19,701 nucleotides of DNA from Thermoplasmata archaeon. GTDB lineage: Archaea; Thermoplasmatota; SW-10-69-26; JACQPN01; JAJPHT01. Where the stretch lies: positions 1-19,701 of the forward strand of contig JAXDQU010000084.1 of NCBI GenBank assembly GCA_034667685.1. Direction: 5' to 3'. The position numbers and the translations under genes were made by a program. Under the pieces are notes generated by a model. The model was not told where the DNA came from. It ran no database searches and saw only the letters and a program-made list of their open reading frames with translations. This document shows positions 1 through 8,983 of the stretch, in pieces (positions within the stretch are counted from its first letter, which is position 1; the number at the start of each line of letters is the position of its first letter).

Positions 1-65
1 GGCCGCGCGCGGCCGAAGAAACGGCCACAACGCATAGGCGTGGCGCTGCGACGAGCCACGGCTTC

Positions 66-269
66 ATGCAAACGCTCGGATGGGGCATCGCCCTCGTGAT
101 CCTCGGCCTGGTCCTCACGTTCACGCACCTCTTCGGCTTCGTCGTGGGGCTCCCGCTCCTGGGCATCGGCCTCGTGCTCGTCGCCATCGGCATCGTGCTC
201 GGCGTCATCCACCTCGTCACGGGCGGCGCGCGCCGCGTCGAGGGCCGGGTGCGCGGACGGACGCTGTAG
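66..269 (+). CDS. Small hydrophobic membrane protein (67 aa, 2 predicted TM helices)
   Basis: ATG-started ORF with GC3-rich codons, two long hydrophobic stretches and a basic C-tail; convergent with the peptidase gene. Confidence 0.7.
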   Translation: MQTLGWGIALVILGLVLTFTHLFGFVVGLPLLGIGLVLVAIGIVLGVIHLVTGGARRVEGRVRGRTL

Positions 270-275
270 GCGGCG

Positions 276-1445
276 TTACGGCATGACAATCTCGCGCTGC
301 GCGCGCGTCGTGACCTCGGGCTTGAGGTCGCGGTGCACGTAGACGTCGATCTCGTTGCGCACGCCGAACTCGGGCAGGTAGACGCCCGGCTCGATGGTGA
401 CGAGAAGGCCGGGGATCAGCTCGCGCGTGTCGTACGTCTCGAAGCCGTCGAGGTTCGCCCCCTCGCTGTGCACCTCGTAGCCGACGCTGTGGCCCGTGCG
501 GTGCGTGAACCACTGCGCGAGCCCCTTGTCCGAGAGGTGCGCGCGCACCGCGTGGTCCGTCTCCGCGCCGGTCGTCGGCTTGCCGCGCTTGGCCGCCGCC
601 TCCAGGTGCGCCACGCCCGCGTCGCGCGCGTCGCGCACGGCCTCGAACACCTCGACGTGGCGCGGCGAGGGCTTCTTCCCCGCGAAGCCGGTCCACGTGA
701 TATCAGCGTACACCGTGCCGGGGCGGTCCATCTTGCCCCAGAGGTCGATGAGGACCCAGTCGTCCTTCCTGATGACGCTGGAGCCCTGCTCGTGCGGCTC
801 GTAGTGCGGGTCGCCCGCGTGCTCGTTGGCGCCCACGATGGGCGCGTGGTCGAACGTCATGCCCGCCTCGCGGAACTTCTTGACGAGGAGCTGCTGCACG
901 TCCCACTCGGTGATCCGGCGGCCCGCCAGCGCCTCGCTGAAGAGGTGCGCGAACGCGGCGTCCTTGCTCGCGTCGAGCACCTTCGCGGCCTCGCAGTGCG
1001 TCGCCAATTCCGCGTCGGAGAGGCGCGCGTAGGCGTACTGGTAGAGGTCGCCGCTGGGCACGACGCTCTTGCCCAGGCCGCGCACCAAGTCAAGGGTGCC
1101 GCCATCGACGCGGGAGACGTAGGGGAGCGTGCCGCCGGGCGCGTACTCCATCGCGACGCTGCGCGCCCCCTTGAGCACGTCCGTGAGCGCGTCGACGAGG
1201 CTGCCGCGGTGCGTGTAGGCGCGGACCTGCGCGTCGATGCCCTGGAGCGCGCTGTGGTCGATGGCGCTCCCGATCAGCGTGGGGCGCCCCTCGGCGGGGA
1301 TCCAGTAGAAGACGCGCCGCGTCAGGTGGCGGTCCTGGCCCCCGAGCACGCGCTTCAGGACCGGGTTGCTGCCCTTGAAGTCGTAGACGAGCCAGCCGTC
1401 GATGCCCTTCTGCCGGAGGTGCTCCTGCGCTTCGTGAAGGCCCAT
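276..1445 (-). CDS. M24 family metallopeptidase (Xaa-Pro aminopeptidase/dipeptidase-like)
   Basis: Pita-bread metal-ligand motifs IDLWG, YADITWT, HRTGHSVG, TIEPGVY, GVRNEID. Start placed at MGLHEAQ (1445); the ORF-track extension to 1535 only translates a GCCTCA repeat and a hairpin. Confidence 0.9.
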   Translation of the reverse strand: MGLHEAQEHLRQKGIDGWLVYDFKGSNPVLKRVLGGQDRHLTRRVFYWIPAEGRPTLIGSAIDHSALQGIDAQVRAYTHRGSLVDALTDVLKGARSVAMEYAPGGTLPYVSRVDGGTLDLVRGLGKSVVPSGDLYQYAYARLSDAELATHCEAAKVLDASKDAAFAHLFSEALAGRRITEWDVQQLLVKKFREAGMTFDHAPIVGANEHAGDPHYEPHEQGSSVIRKDDWVLIDLWGKMDRPGTVYADITWTGFAGKKPSPRHVEVFEAVRDARDAGVAHLEAAAKRGKPTTGAETDHAVRAHLSDKGLAQWFTHRTGHSVGYEVHSEGANLDGFETYDTRELIPGLLVTIEPGVYLPEFGVRNEIDVYVHRDLKPEVTTRAQREIVMP

Positions 1446-1466
1446 GGCCGCGGCACCGCCGCCCCC

Positions 1467-1506
1467 AGCCTTGGCCTTTGCCTCAGCCTCAGCCTCAGCC
1501 TCAGCC
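1467..1506. repeat. Hexamer tandem repeat (GCCTCA)n with degenerate copies
   Basis: agccttggcctttgcctcagcctcagcctcagcctcagcc, just upstream of the peptidase start. Confidence 0.85.
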
Positions 1507-1517
1507 CCCGCCCGTGT

Positions 1518-1627
1518 CGCTTCGCGGCTCCGCATGCGAAGTGCGCGGGGGACGCGGAGGTCGCGGACTCACTCAACCCCGCGTTCACCGCGCTCTCCGC
1601 AAGCCCCGCATGCGGAGCCGCGAAGCG
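1518..1627. repeat. 110-bp intergenic palindromic element (REP/MITE-like)
   Basis: Perfect 21-bp inverted repeat cgcttcgcggctccgcatgcg (1518-1538) / cgcatgcggagccgcgaagcg (1607-1627), with further imperfect internal pairing. Confidence 0.8.
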
Positions 1628-1690
1628 CCGGGCCCTCGCCGGAGGTCGGGACCGGAACCGCTTTCTCGGGCCCTCGCCGTCGCGCCCGCG

Positions 1691-2008
1691 GTGAAGAAAC
1701 GCCTCTGGCATCTCGTGGTCGGGACGCGGGGCGGCCTCAAGCGCGCGGAGATCATCGCGCTGGTGCGCCGTCGCCCCTACAACGCCCACGAGATCTCGCG
1801 CCTGATGGGCGTGGACTACAAGACCGCGCGCCACCACCTGCGCGTCCTCGTCGAGAACGACATCCTCGACGCCAGCGAGGACCACTACGGCACGCTCTAC
1901 TTCTGGAGCAGCGCGATGCAGGCCAGCGCGGCGACGTGGCAGGAGATTTGGGAAGCCATGGGGCAAAACGCTTCAGGCAAGTCGGACAAGAAGGAAGGTG
2001 AGCCGTGA
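1691..2008 (+). CDS. Winged helix-turn-helix (ArsR-like) transcriptional regulator
   Basis: GTG start; LWHLVVGTRGG..RAEII..RPYNAHEIS..MGVDYKTARHHLRVL..YGTLYF is typical of small archaeal ArsR-type wHTH proteins. Confidence 0.8.
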   Translation: MKKRLWHLVVGTRGGLKRAEIIALVRRRPYNAHEISRLMGVDYKTARHHLRVLVENDILDASEDHYGTLYFWSSAMQASAATWQEIWEAMGQNASGKSDKKEGEP

Positions 2009-2301
2009 TGGAAGCGACGTTCTACTGGTGGGCGGGCTGCATGGCGCTCTCGGCGCTCGCGGCCGCCGTGCTGATCGCCCTGCTGGCCGTCTACTGGCGC
2101 AACATGCGCAAGGCGCCCAGCCCCTTCGCCAAGGGCCTCGTCGCGTTCGCGGGCCTCTTCGCCCTGGAGGCGCTGGGCTCGATCGGCGTGTGGACCTCGC
2201 TCTCGGGCGAGTACGGCGCCGACGTCGCGATCCCCATGATGGTCATGCGCGCGCTCGAGGTCGTCGGTGCGGGCGTGCTGCTCTACGTCTCGTGGGAGTA
2301 G
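2005..2301 (+). CDS. Small 3-TM membrane protein, translationally coupled to the wHTH gene
   Basis: Start overlaps the wHTH stop (GTGATG); three hydrophobic helices. Confidence 0.75.
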   Translation: MMEATFYWWAGCMALSALAAAVLIALLAVYWRNMRKAPSPFAKGLVAFAGLFALEALGSIGVWTSLSGEYGADVAIPMMVMRALEVVGAGVLLYVSWE

Positions 2302-2321
2302 GACGCGCCGCGAGCATGCGC

Positions 2322-2473
2322 CGTGAAACGTGGAACGTCGAACGTGCGCCGTGAACGTTGAACGTGAGTCGTGAACGAGAACGTGAACGACGCGGCACGC
2401 ACGTCTCAGCTAGATCTGGCCAGATCTAGCTCAGGGGCGTTCACGTCCCACGTTGCACGTCGGACGTTTCACG
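2322..2473. repeat. Inverted arrays of heptamer repeats (GAACGTG-like) flanking a 24-bp perfect palindrome
   Basis: Left array cgtgaaacgtggaacgtcgaacgtg..., right array ...cgttcacgtcccacgttgcacgtcggacgtttcacg, and agctagatctggccagatctagct at 2408-2431; located between convergent genes. Confidence 0.8.
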
Positions 2474-3568
2474 TCGCCGTCTTCCGACGCGGTTCGCCAC
2501 GAGCATGACGGGGAAGCGCAGCGCGGCGCCGCAGAGGAGCACGGCGGCGACCATCGTGACCGCCACGAGGTAGCGGTTCGAGAGCGAGACCGCGACGGGG
2601 TCTTTCACCGGGACGAGCGAGGAGTCAGCGAGCGCGACCGTGGTGGCGCTCCCGTGGCCGCCGTCCACGGTGACGTCGGGCGAGGCGTACTCGTAGGTGT
2701 ACCCCTTGGGCAGGTGCAGCGTGAGGCCAAGGTCCCAGCCCGGGGGCATCTCGATGACGATGAGCTGCGTGATGCCCAGGAGGTCGAACGCGCTGCGCTC
2801 GTAGAGGGCGCCCGCGCTCTGGCCGCGGATGTCGGCGAGCATGCGGTCGCGCGCGTCCTTCTTGGCGCGCTCGGCGGGCGAGAGGTGCTGCCGGTCGAGG
2901 AGCTGCTCGACGAGGTCCACGAGGCTCTCGCGCTTGAGGTACTGCACGTCGAGCGTCGTGTCGAGCGTGACCGGCGGCTCGCGCGAGTCGGGGACGGGCG
3001 ACTGGACCGTCTGCGGGCTGGAGGGGACGCGCGGCGCGCCGGGCGTGGGCGTGTCCTGCGGGCTGACGTTGGACCACGCGAAGCGGGATGATAGCACCGT
3101 GGCGTCCGGGAAGGTGGTGGCCACGAAGCTCGTGAGGAGCGCCTGCTCCTGCGTCTCGAAGGCGGCGACGGCGGCGGCGCTGAGCGTGTCGCGGAACTCG
3201 CCCGCGGTGATCACGGTCTGTCCCGCCGGGCCCGCGGGGATCCCCTGCCGGGGCAGGGCGCCCTCGAGGTGCGAGACGTTGATCGCGCGGAACTCCAGGT
3301 GCGCGGTGAGCCGGCCCTGCGCGCGGAAGTCGCCGCCGCCGAACACGACGCCGATCGCGTCGAAGTCCAGCGAGCGGAAGTCGAGGTCGAGCGCGATGCG
3401 GACGTCCTCGCGCGTGAGGTTCGTGCCGGTGACGAACTCGCCCGCGTGGACCGCGGTGGGATAGGGCTGCGACGGATCGCCCACGATCGGGAGCGTCGGG
3501 ACCGCGACCTGCGCGCCCACCGCGGGAAGGGCGAGGACGAGCGCGAGGAGGAGGGCGAGGGCTCTCAT
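2441..3568 (-). CDS. Exported hypothetical protein with signal peptide and C-terminal TM anchor
   Basis: MRALALLLALVLALPAVGA signal peptide; C-terminal hydrophobic helix followed by RVGRRRR. Confidence 0.75.
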   Translation of the reverse strand: MRALALLLALVLALPAVGAQVAVPTLPIVGDPSQPYPTAVHAGEFVTGTNLTREDVRIALDLDFRSLDFDAIGVVFGGGDFRAQGRLTAHLEFRAINVSHLEGALPRQGIPAGPAGQTVITAGEFRDTLSAAAVAAFETQEQALLTSFVATTFPDATVLSSRFAWSNVSPQDTPTPGAPRVPSSPQTVQSPVPDSREPPVTLDTTLDVQYLKRESLVDLVEQLLDRQHLSPAERAKKDARDRMLADIRGQSAGALYERSAFDLLGITQLIVIEMPPGWDLGLTLHLPKGYTYEYASPDVTVDGGHGSATTVALADSSLVPVKDPVAVSLSNRYLVAVTMVAAVLLCGAALRFPVMLVANRVGRRRRETSDVQRGT

Positions 3569-3943
3569 TCACCACCTCGGCGTGCGCCCGCTGCTGAAGA
3601 GGATGAGCCAGACGACGAACGCGACGGCGCTGAGGGCGAGCGCGGCGCGGCGGCGCAGGAGCGCGGCCTCCAGACGCGCGGCGCGCGTCTCCGCCGGGGC
3701 CTCGTCGAGACGCGAGGCCAGCCGCGACGCGAACAGGACGGGCGCCCCCGCGTAGCAGAGGATCGCCGCGCCGGCGCCCACGTAGATCATGGGCAGGCGG
3801 AAGACGTGCAGGTCGTCAAGCGTCACGCCCGCGACGAAGAGAAGGAGCGCCCACGCGGTGGCGGCGGGCTTGCCGGCGCGAAGGGCCGCGATCCACGCCG
3901 GGTCCCCGCGCCTCACGCCCCGCACCCGGGCCCGCGGCCCCAT
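3569..3943 (-). CDS. Small membrane protein (3 TM)
   Basis: C-terminal part of the 3569..4555 ORF has three hydrophobic helices; start at 3943 is inferred; abuts the next gene on the same strand. Confidence 0.6.
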   Translation of the reverse strand: MGPRARVRGVRRGDPAWIAALRAGKPAATAWALLLFVAGVTLDDLHVFRLPMIYVGAGAAILCYAGAPVLFASRLASRLDEAPAETRAARLEAALLRRRAALALSAVAFVVWLILFSSGRTPRW

Positions 3944-4012
3944 ATGCCTTCCGGACCAGGACCCCGCCCGCTGCGGCGAGGCTTGAAGGTGCGCGGCGCG
4001 CCTGGCGGCCCG

Positions 4013-5425
4013 ATGCGGAGGTCCGGCGGCGCGCTCCTTCTCGCGCTCCTGCTCGCGCTTCCGACGGCGGCGGCATGGAGCGCGCAGCTCGCGCAACCCG
4101 TCTCGCCCGGCCTCCACCTGCGCGACGGCCTCCTCGTGGCGGGCGCGCTGCAAGGCGGAGCGCACGGCGCGCCCTTCGGCGCCGCGCAGGTCGACCGCCT
4201 CTTCCTGGGTGACGACGCCACCGTCACGCAATGTCCGCTCAACGGCACGCAGCCCGACGCCTCGTGCGGCGGCCGCAGCGACATGCCCAACGGCCACGCG
4301 CAGGTCCGCGTCCTCTCGGGCGGGCTCGTCGCGATCCCCGCCCAGGACGCGCCCGAGACGCTGGCCTCGCCCGCCGGCGCAGGGCTCCTGGGCCGCGTCG
4401 ACCTGCGCAACCTCTCGCCCCCGCTCCCTGTCGTCGGGCCCGCGCTGGCGCTGGGCGGACGCGCGCGCCTGCACAGCGACGCGACGGCGTACCTCCTGCG
4501 CCCCTTCGGCCGCGACGTGCAGGTCGAGATCCGCGGCGACGCGGGCATCAAGCAATACAACGGCACCGACGCCGTCTTCCAGATCACGGGCGCGGCCGGC
4601 CTCGACCTCGAAGCGCCCGCCGCGTTCCTCGTGCTATCAAACGGCAGCGCCGTGGAGGTCAAGTCCGCGCCGCTCGCCATCGCCGAGTCGGGCAACGGCC
4701 TGGAGGACCTCTTCACGCTCGTGCGCGCCCTCTCGCCCCCCGCCGAGGCCGACCGGCGCGCCGACCTCGCCAACGCCTTCGGCCCCTTCCAGCTCGTCCC
4801 CGCGCTCCTCGACGGCGCCGTGGCCGCGCACGCCAACCTCACGCTCAACGGCGCGCCCCAGACCGACTTCCTCCTCGTGCGCACGCGCGACGCCCGCGTG
4901 AGCCTGGCGAGCGACACCTGGACGACGCGGGGCAACGCGACCATGATGGTGCAGGCCGACGTCATGGCCGCCGACCCCGGAAGCCGCGTCGACCCGCCCC
5001 TCGTGCTCCCCGCGATCCTCGGCGTCCTGGCCCTCGTCGCCCGCATCCTCACGCCGCGCGCGCCCACGCCCTGGGCCGGGCGCCGCTGGCTCGCCCTCGC
5101 GCGCGCCGGCGGCCTGGTCGCCCTCGCGCTCGTGGCCTCCTTCGTCCTCGCGCGGCTCCTCGGCTTCCATCCGCTCCTCGACTGGGGCGCCCTCTCGCCG
5201 CGCAGCCGCGTCCAGCTCACGACGCTCGTCGCCCTCACCGCCCTCGCCGCGTGGCTCGTCGTGGGCCTCTCGCTCGAAAGCCTCGCCCGCAGCGCCTTCG
5301 CCCACCGCAAGCGCCCCGCCGCCCGCGCCTGGCCGCTCGCCGTCGGGCTGACCGGCGCGCTGGTCTTCCTGCTCGTGGCGGGAGCGCCGCTTGCCTCGCT
5401 CGTGGCGCGGTTCGTGCGGCTGTGA
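4013..5425 (+). CDS. Secreted/membrane protein: signal peptide, extracellular domain, about 4 C-terminal TM helices
   Basis: MRRSGGALLLALLLALPTAAA signal peptide; GC3-rich frame; hydrophobic C-terminus. Confidence 0.75.
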   Translation: MRRSGGALLLALLLALPTAAAWSAQLAQPVSPGLHLRDGLLVAGALQGGAHGAPFGAAQVDRLFLGDDATVTQCPLNGTQPDASCGGRSDMPNGHAQVRVLSGGLVAIPAQDAPETLASPAGAGLLGRVDLRNLSPPLPVVGPALALGGRARLHSDATAYLLRPFGRDVQVEIRGDAGIKQYNGTDAVFQITGAAGLDLEAPAAFLVLSNGSAVEVKSAPLAIAESGNGLEDLFTLVRALSPPAEADRRADLANAFGPFQLVPALLDGAVAAHANLTLNGAPQTDFLLVRTRDARVSLASDTWTTRGNATMMVQADVMAADPGSRVDPPLVLPAILGVLALVARILTPRAPTPWAGRRWLALARAGGLVALALVASFVLARLLGFHPLLDWGALSPRSRVQLTTLVALTALAAWLVVGLSLESLARSAFAHRKRPAARAWPLAVGLTGALVFLLVAGAPLASLVARFVRL

Positions 5426-5528
5426 CCGGGCAGCGCGCGGGCGAGTCGCCACGCACGTGCAGGCCCTTGGGTGCGCGTGCACCGGCAGCGCAGGCGCGGA
5501 ACCGAGGACCTCCGCACGAGTGACAAGC

Positions 5529-5541
5529 TTCTTATATAGAA
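5529..5541 (+). promoter_or_regulatory. Archaeal TATA box of the psmB-psmB-aCPSF1 operon
   Basis: ttcttatatagaa (TTATATA) in an AT-rich patch about 50 bp upstream of the psmB ATG. Confidence 0.6.
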
Positions 5542-5589
5542 GCGCGATTTCGCGACTGTTCTTCTGGGCATTTTCTCCAGGGTATCATC

Positions 5590-6231
5590 ATGGATGGCAC
5601 GCAGCAACTGAAGACCGGGACCACCACGGTCGGACTCGTCACCAAGGACGGGGTCGTCATGGGCGCCGACATGCGCGCGACCATGGGCAACCTCATCTCC
5701 CACAAGGAGACCCAGAAGCTCTTCCGCATCGCGCCCCACATGGGCTTCACCATCGCCGGCCTCGTGGGCGACGCGCAGGTGCTTGCCCGTTGGCTGGAGG
5801 CCGAGGTCGAGCTCTACCAGATCAAGCGCGGCAGCGAGATGTCGATCAAGGCGGCGAGCACGCTCCTGGCGAACATCATGAACCAGCGCAAGTTCGCGCC
5901 CTTCTACGTGCAGCTCATCGTGGGCGGCGTGGACCTGGAGGGCTCGCACGTCTACTCGCTCGACAGCGCGGGCGGCAACATCCCCGACAAGTTCGTCACG
6001 ACGGGCTCGGGCAGCGTCTTCGTGTACGGTGTGCTCGAAGACCACTACCGCGACGACCTCTCGCAGGACGAGGGGATCGACCTCGCCATCCGCGGCATCA
6101 CCGCGGCCATGAAGCGCGACAGCGCGTCGGGCGACGGCATGAACATCGCGAGCATCACGCGCAAGGACGGCTACGTCCACCTCACGAAGGACGAAGTCGA
6201 GAAGCGCAAGAAGAAGATGGGGCTGAAGTAA
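5590..6231 (+). CDS. psmB: 20S proteasome beta subunit (copy 1)
   Basis: Short propeptide ending LKTG|TTTVG; Thr1, Asp17, Lys33; [14 protein letters not shown] and RDSASGDG motifs. Confidence 0.95.
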   Translation: MDGTQQLKTGTTTVGLVTKDGVVMGADMRATMGNLISHKETQKLFRIAPHMGFTIAGLVGDAQVLARWLEAEVELYQIKRGSEMSIKAASTLLANIMNQRKFAPFYVQLIVGGVDLEGSHVYSLDSAGGNIPDKFVTTGSGSVFVYGVLEDHYRDDLSQDEGIDLAIRGITAAMKRDSASGDGMNIASITRKDGYVHLTKDEVEKRKKKMGLK

Positions 6232-6232
6232 C

Positions 6233-6880
6233 ATGGACGGCGACCAGCAGAAGCTCCTCAAGACCGGCACCACGACCGTGGGCATCGTCACGAAGGAGGG
6301 CGTCGTCATGGGCGCCGACCAGCGCGCGACCATGGGCCACCTGATCGCGCACAAGGACACGCAGAAGCTCTTCCGCATCGACAACCACCTGGCGATGACC
6401 ATCGCGGGCGGCGTGGGCGACGCGCAGGTGCTCGTGCGCTGGCTGACCTCGGAGGTCAGCATCTACAAGCTCAAGCGCGGCACGGAGATGAGCGTGCGCG
6501 CGGCCAGCACCCTGCTGGCGAACATCATGAACCAGAACAAGTTCACGCCCTTCTACGTGCAGCTCCTCGTGGGCGGCGTGGACCTGGAGGGCTCGCACAT
6601 CTACAGCATCGACGCGGCGGGCGGCTCCATCCCCGACAAGTTCGTCACGACGGGCTCGGGCAGCGTCTTCGTGTACGGCGTGCTCGAAGACCACTACAAG
6701 GACGACCTGACCCTCGACGAGGGCGTCGACCTGGCCGTGCGCGGCATCACCGCCGCCATGAAGCGCGACAGCGCGTCGGGCGACGGCATGAACGTCTGCA
6801 CGATCACGCGCAAGGACGGCTACAAGCAGGTCAGCAAGGAAGACGTCGAGAAACGCAAGAAGAAGCTCGGGCTGCGCTGA
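6233..6880 (+). CDS. psmB: 20S proteasome beta subunit (copy 2)
   Basis: Same motifs as copy 1 ([10 protein letters not shown]17, K33, [13 protein letters not shown]); IAGGVGDAQ; starts 1 bp after the copy 1 stop. Confidence 0.95.
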   Translation: MDGDQQKLLKTGTTTVGIVTKEGVVMGADQRATMGHLIAHKDTQKLFRIDNHLAMTIAGGVGDAQVLVRWLTSEVSIYKLKRGTEMSVRAASTLLANIMNQNKFTPFYVQLLVGGVDLEGSHIYSIDAAGGSIPDKFVTTGSGSVFVYGVLEDHYKDDLTLDEGVDLAVRGITAAMKRDSASGDGMNVCTITRKDGYKQVSKEDVEKRKKKLGLR

Positions 6881-6886
6881 TCTTCC

Positions 6887-8800
6887 ATGGGCGTCGAAGA
6901 CGTACTCCGCGAGATCCGCGACGAGGTCAAGAAGGAGGTCCCCTCCTCCATCGAGGTCACGGACATCGAGTTCGAGGCCGCGGTCCTCGTCATCTACACG
7001 AAGCACCCCGAGAAGTTCGCGGAGGACGAGGACCTCGTGCGCCGGCTCGCCAAGAAGCTGCGCAAGCGCGTCGTCGTCCGACCGGACCCCAGCGTGCTGG
7101 CGAAGATCGAGGAGGCCGACAAGAAGGTGCGCGACCTCGTGCCCGCGGAGGCCGAGATCACGGAGCTGTACTTCGAGCCCGACATCGGCGAGGTCATCAT
7201 CGAGGCGCGCAAGCCCGGCCTCGTCATCGGCCGCCACGGCACCACGCTGAACGACATCAAGAAGGCCATCGGCTGGGCGCCGAAGGTCATCCGCACGCCG
7301 CCCATCCCGTCGAAGACGGTGAAGGACCTTCGTGAATACCTGCGCAGCGTGGCGGACGAGCGCAAGGACATCCTGCACCGCGTCGGCCGGCGCATCTACC
7401 GCGGCGGCGTCAAGGAGGAGCAGTGGGTCCGCTGGACTTCGCTCGGAGGCTACCGCGAGGTGGGCCGCTCGTGCCACCTGCTCCAGACGCAGGACACCAA
7501 GATCCTCATCGACTGCGGCGTCAACTTCAGCAACGACGACAAGGCCTCGCCCTACCTTCACCTCGGTGAAGTTTGGCCGCTCACGCAGCTCGACGCCGTG
7601 ATCCTCACGCACGCGCACATGGACCACTGCGGCCTGATCCCGCTGCTCTACAAGTACGGCTACGACGGGCCCGTGTACTGCACGCCGCCCACGCGGGATC
7701 TGTCCGTCTTGATGCAGCTCGATTACATCAAGATCGCCGCGGCGGAAGGCAAGAAGCCGCCCTACGAGTCGGACCACGTGCGCGAGTGGGTCAAGCATTG
7801 CGTGACGCTGGAGTTCGGCGACACGACGGACATCGCGCCCGACGTCAAGCTCACGTTCAGCAACAGCGGCCACATCCTGGGCTCGGCCGTCTCGCACTTC
7901 CACATCGGCGACGGCTTCTACAACGTGTGCTGCACGTCGGACATGAAGTACGAGCGCACGTGGCTGTTCAACCCGACGAACAACAAGTTCCCGCGTCTCG
8001 AGACGCTCATCATCGAGGCGACGTACGGGGGCCGGAACGACTTCCAGCCCACGCGCCAGCAGGCCACGGACCAGATGAAGGAGATCTGCCAGCGCGTGCT
8101 CACGCGCGGCGGCAAGGTCATCGTCCCCTCCTTCGCCGTGGGCCGCAGCCAGGAGATCATGCTCGTGATGGAGGAGCTCATCCGCAACGGCGACTGCCCG
8201 CGCGTGCCAGTCTACCTCGACGGCATGATCTGGGAGGCCACCGCCATCCACACGGCCTACCCGGAATACCTGAACAACGAGCTTCGGAACGAGATCTTCC
8301 ACGAGGGCTCGAACCCGCTCCTCAGTGACATCTTCATCCGCGTCGACTCGTTCGAGATGCGCCGCAAGGTCGTGGACAGCGACGAGCCGTGCGTCGTCGT
8401 CACCACGAGCGGCATGATGAGCGGCGGCCCGGTCATGGAATATTTCCGCAACTGGGCCGCGGACCGGCGCAACGCGCTCGTCTTCGTCGGCTTCCAGGCC
8501 GGCGGCACGCTCGGACGCCGCATCCAGCAGGGCTGGCGCGAGATCCCCATGGCCGGCCAGGGCGGCCGGAGCAACGTCGTCAAGATCGAGATGGACGTCG
8601 AGACCGTCGACGGCTTCAGCGGCCACTCCGACCGCCGGCAGCTGATGAACTACATCAACAACATCACGCCGAAGCCCGACCGGGTCATCACGATGCACGG
8701 CGAGGAATCGAAGTGCATCGACTTCGCCACGTCGATCCACAAGAAGTACCACATCCACACGGATGCGCCCTACAACTTGGAGACGATTCGCCTGAAGTGA
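6887..8800 (+). CDS. fttA: Archaeal beta-CASP ribonuclease aCPSF1 / transcription termination factor FttA
   Basis: N-terminal KH domains (PGLVIGRHG), metallo-beta-lactamase THAHMDH, beta-CASP FAVGRSQE and GFSGHSD, C-terminal NLETIRL; 637 aa; conserved synteny with psmB. Confidence 0.95.
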   Translation: MGVEDVLREIRDEVKKEVPSSIEVTDIEFEAAVLVIYTKHPEKFAEDEDLVRRLAKKLRKRVVVRPDPSVLAKIEEADKKVRDLVPAEAEITELYFEPDIGEVIIEARKPGLVIGRHGTTLNDIKKAIGWAPKVIRTPPIPSKTVKDLREYLRSVADERKDILHRVGRRIYRGGVKEEQWVRWTSLGGYREVGRSCHLLQTQDTKILIDCGVNFSNDDKASPYLHLGEVWPLTQLDAVILTHAHMDHCGLIPLLYKYGYDGPVYCTPPTRDLSVLMQLDYIKIAAAEGKKPPYESDHVREWVKHCVTLEFGDTTDIAPDVKLTFSNSGHILGSAVSHFHIGDGFYNVCCTSDMKYERTWLFNPTNNKFPRLETLIIEATYGGRNDFQPTRQQATDQMKEICQRVLTRGGKVIVPSFAVGRSQEIMLVMEELIRNGDCPRVPVYLDGMIWEATAIHTAYPEYLNNELRNEIFHEGSNPLLSDIFIRVDSFEMRRKVVDSDEPCVVVTTSGMMSGGPVMEYFRNWAADRRNALVFVGFQAGGTLGRRIQQGWREIPMAGQGGRSNVVKIEMDVETVDGFSGHSDRRQLMNYINNITPKPDRVITMHGEESKCIDFATSIHKKYHIHTDAPYNLETIRLK

Positions 8801-8903
8801 GCGAAGCGAACGAAGGCGAATCGGCGATAAGTTGGAGGGGGGCCGCCGTCTCCGCAGAGCGGCGAGCGCCCTACAACTTGGAGACGATTCGCCTGAAGTG
8901 AGC
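8765..8903 (+). mobile_element. 101-bp self-complementary mini-insert duplicating the aCPSF1 3' end (38-bp perfect direct repeat)
   Basis: gcgccctacaacttggagacgattcgcctgaagtgagc at 8765-8802 and 8866-8903. The insert contains GTGAGCGAAGCGAAC, an imperfect antisense copy of the repeat (8814-8843) and a small hairpin cgccgtctc-cgca-gagcggcg. The repeat is observed; mobility is inferred. Confidence 0.6.
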
Positions 8904-8911
8904 CCGCCGCG

Positions 8912-8950
8912 CGCTGGAGGCGTGTCAGCAATCCTCCACAACGCTGGAGA
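8912..8950 (+). promoter_or_regulatory. Conserved upstream motif of secreted paralog 1
   Basis: cgctggaggcgtgtcagcaatcctccacaacgctggaga, nearly identical to 11022-11060 and at the same distance from the start codon; contains CTCCA-N6-TGGAG. Confidence 0.65.
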
Positions 8951-8983
8951 TGCGCGCCGCCCTAACAGCGCGCGAGGCTCCTC

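Noticed and set aside
1446-1535. N-terminal AEAEAEAKAK extension of the peptidase
   Set aside because: It merely translates the hexamer repeat and starts inside the palindrome; ATG 1445 gives a normal-length protein.
8765-8903. Mini CRISPR array (38-bp repeat and spacer)
   Set aside because: Only two repeats, the repeat is coding sequence of aCPSF1, the 63-bp spacer is antisense to the repeat, and there are no cas genes.
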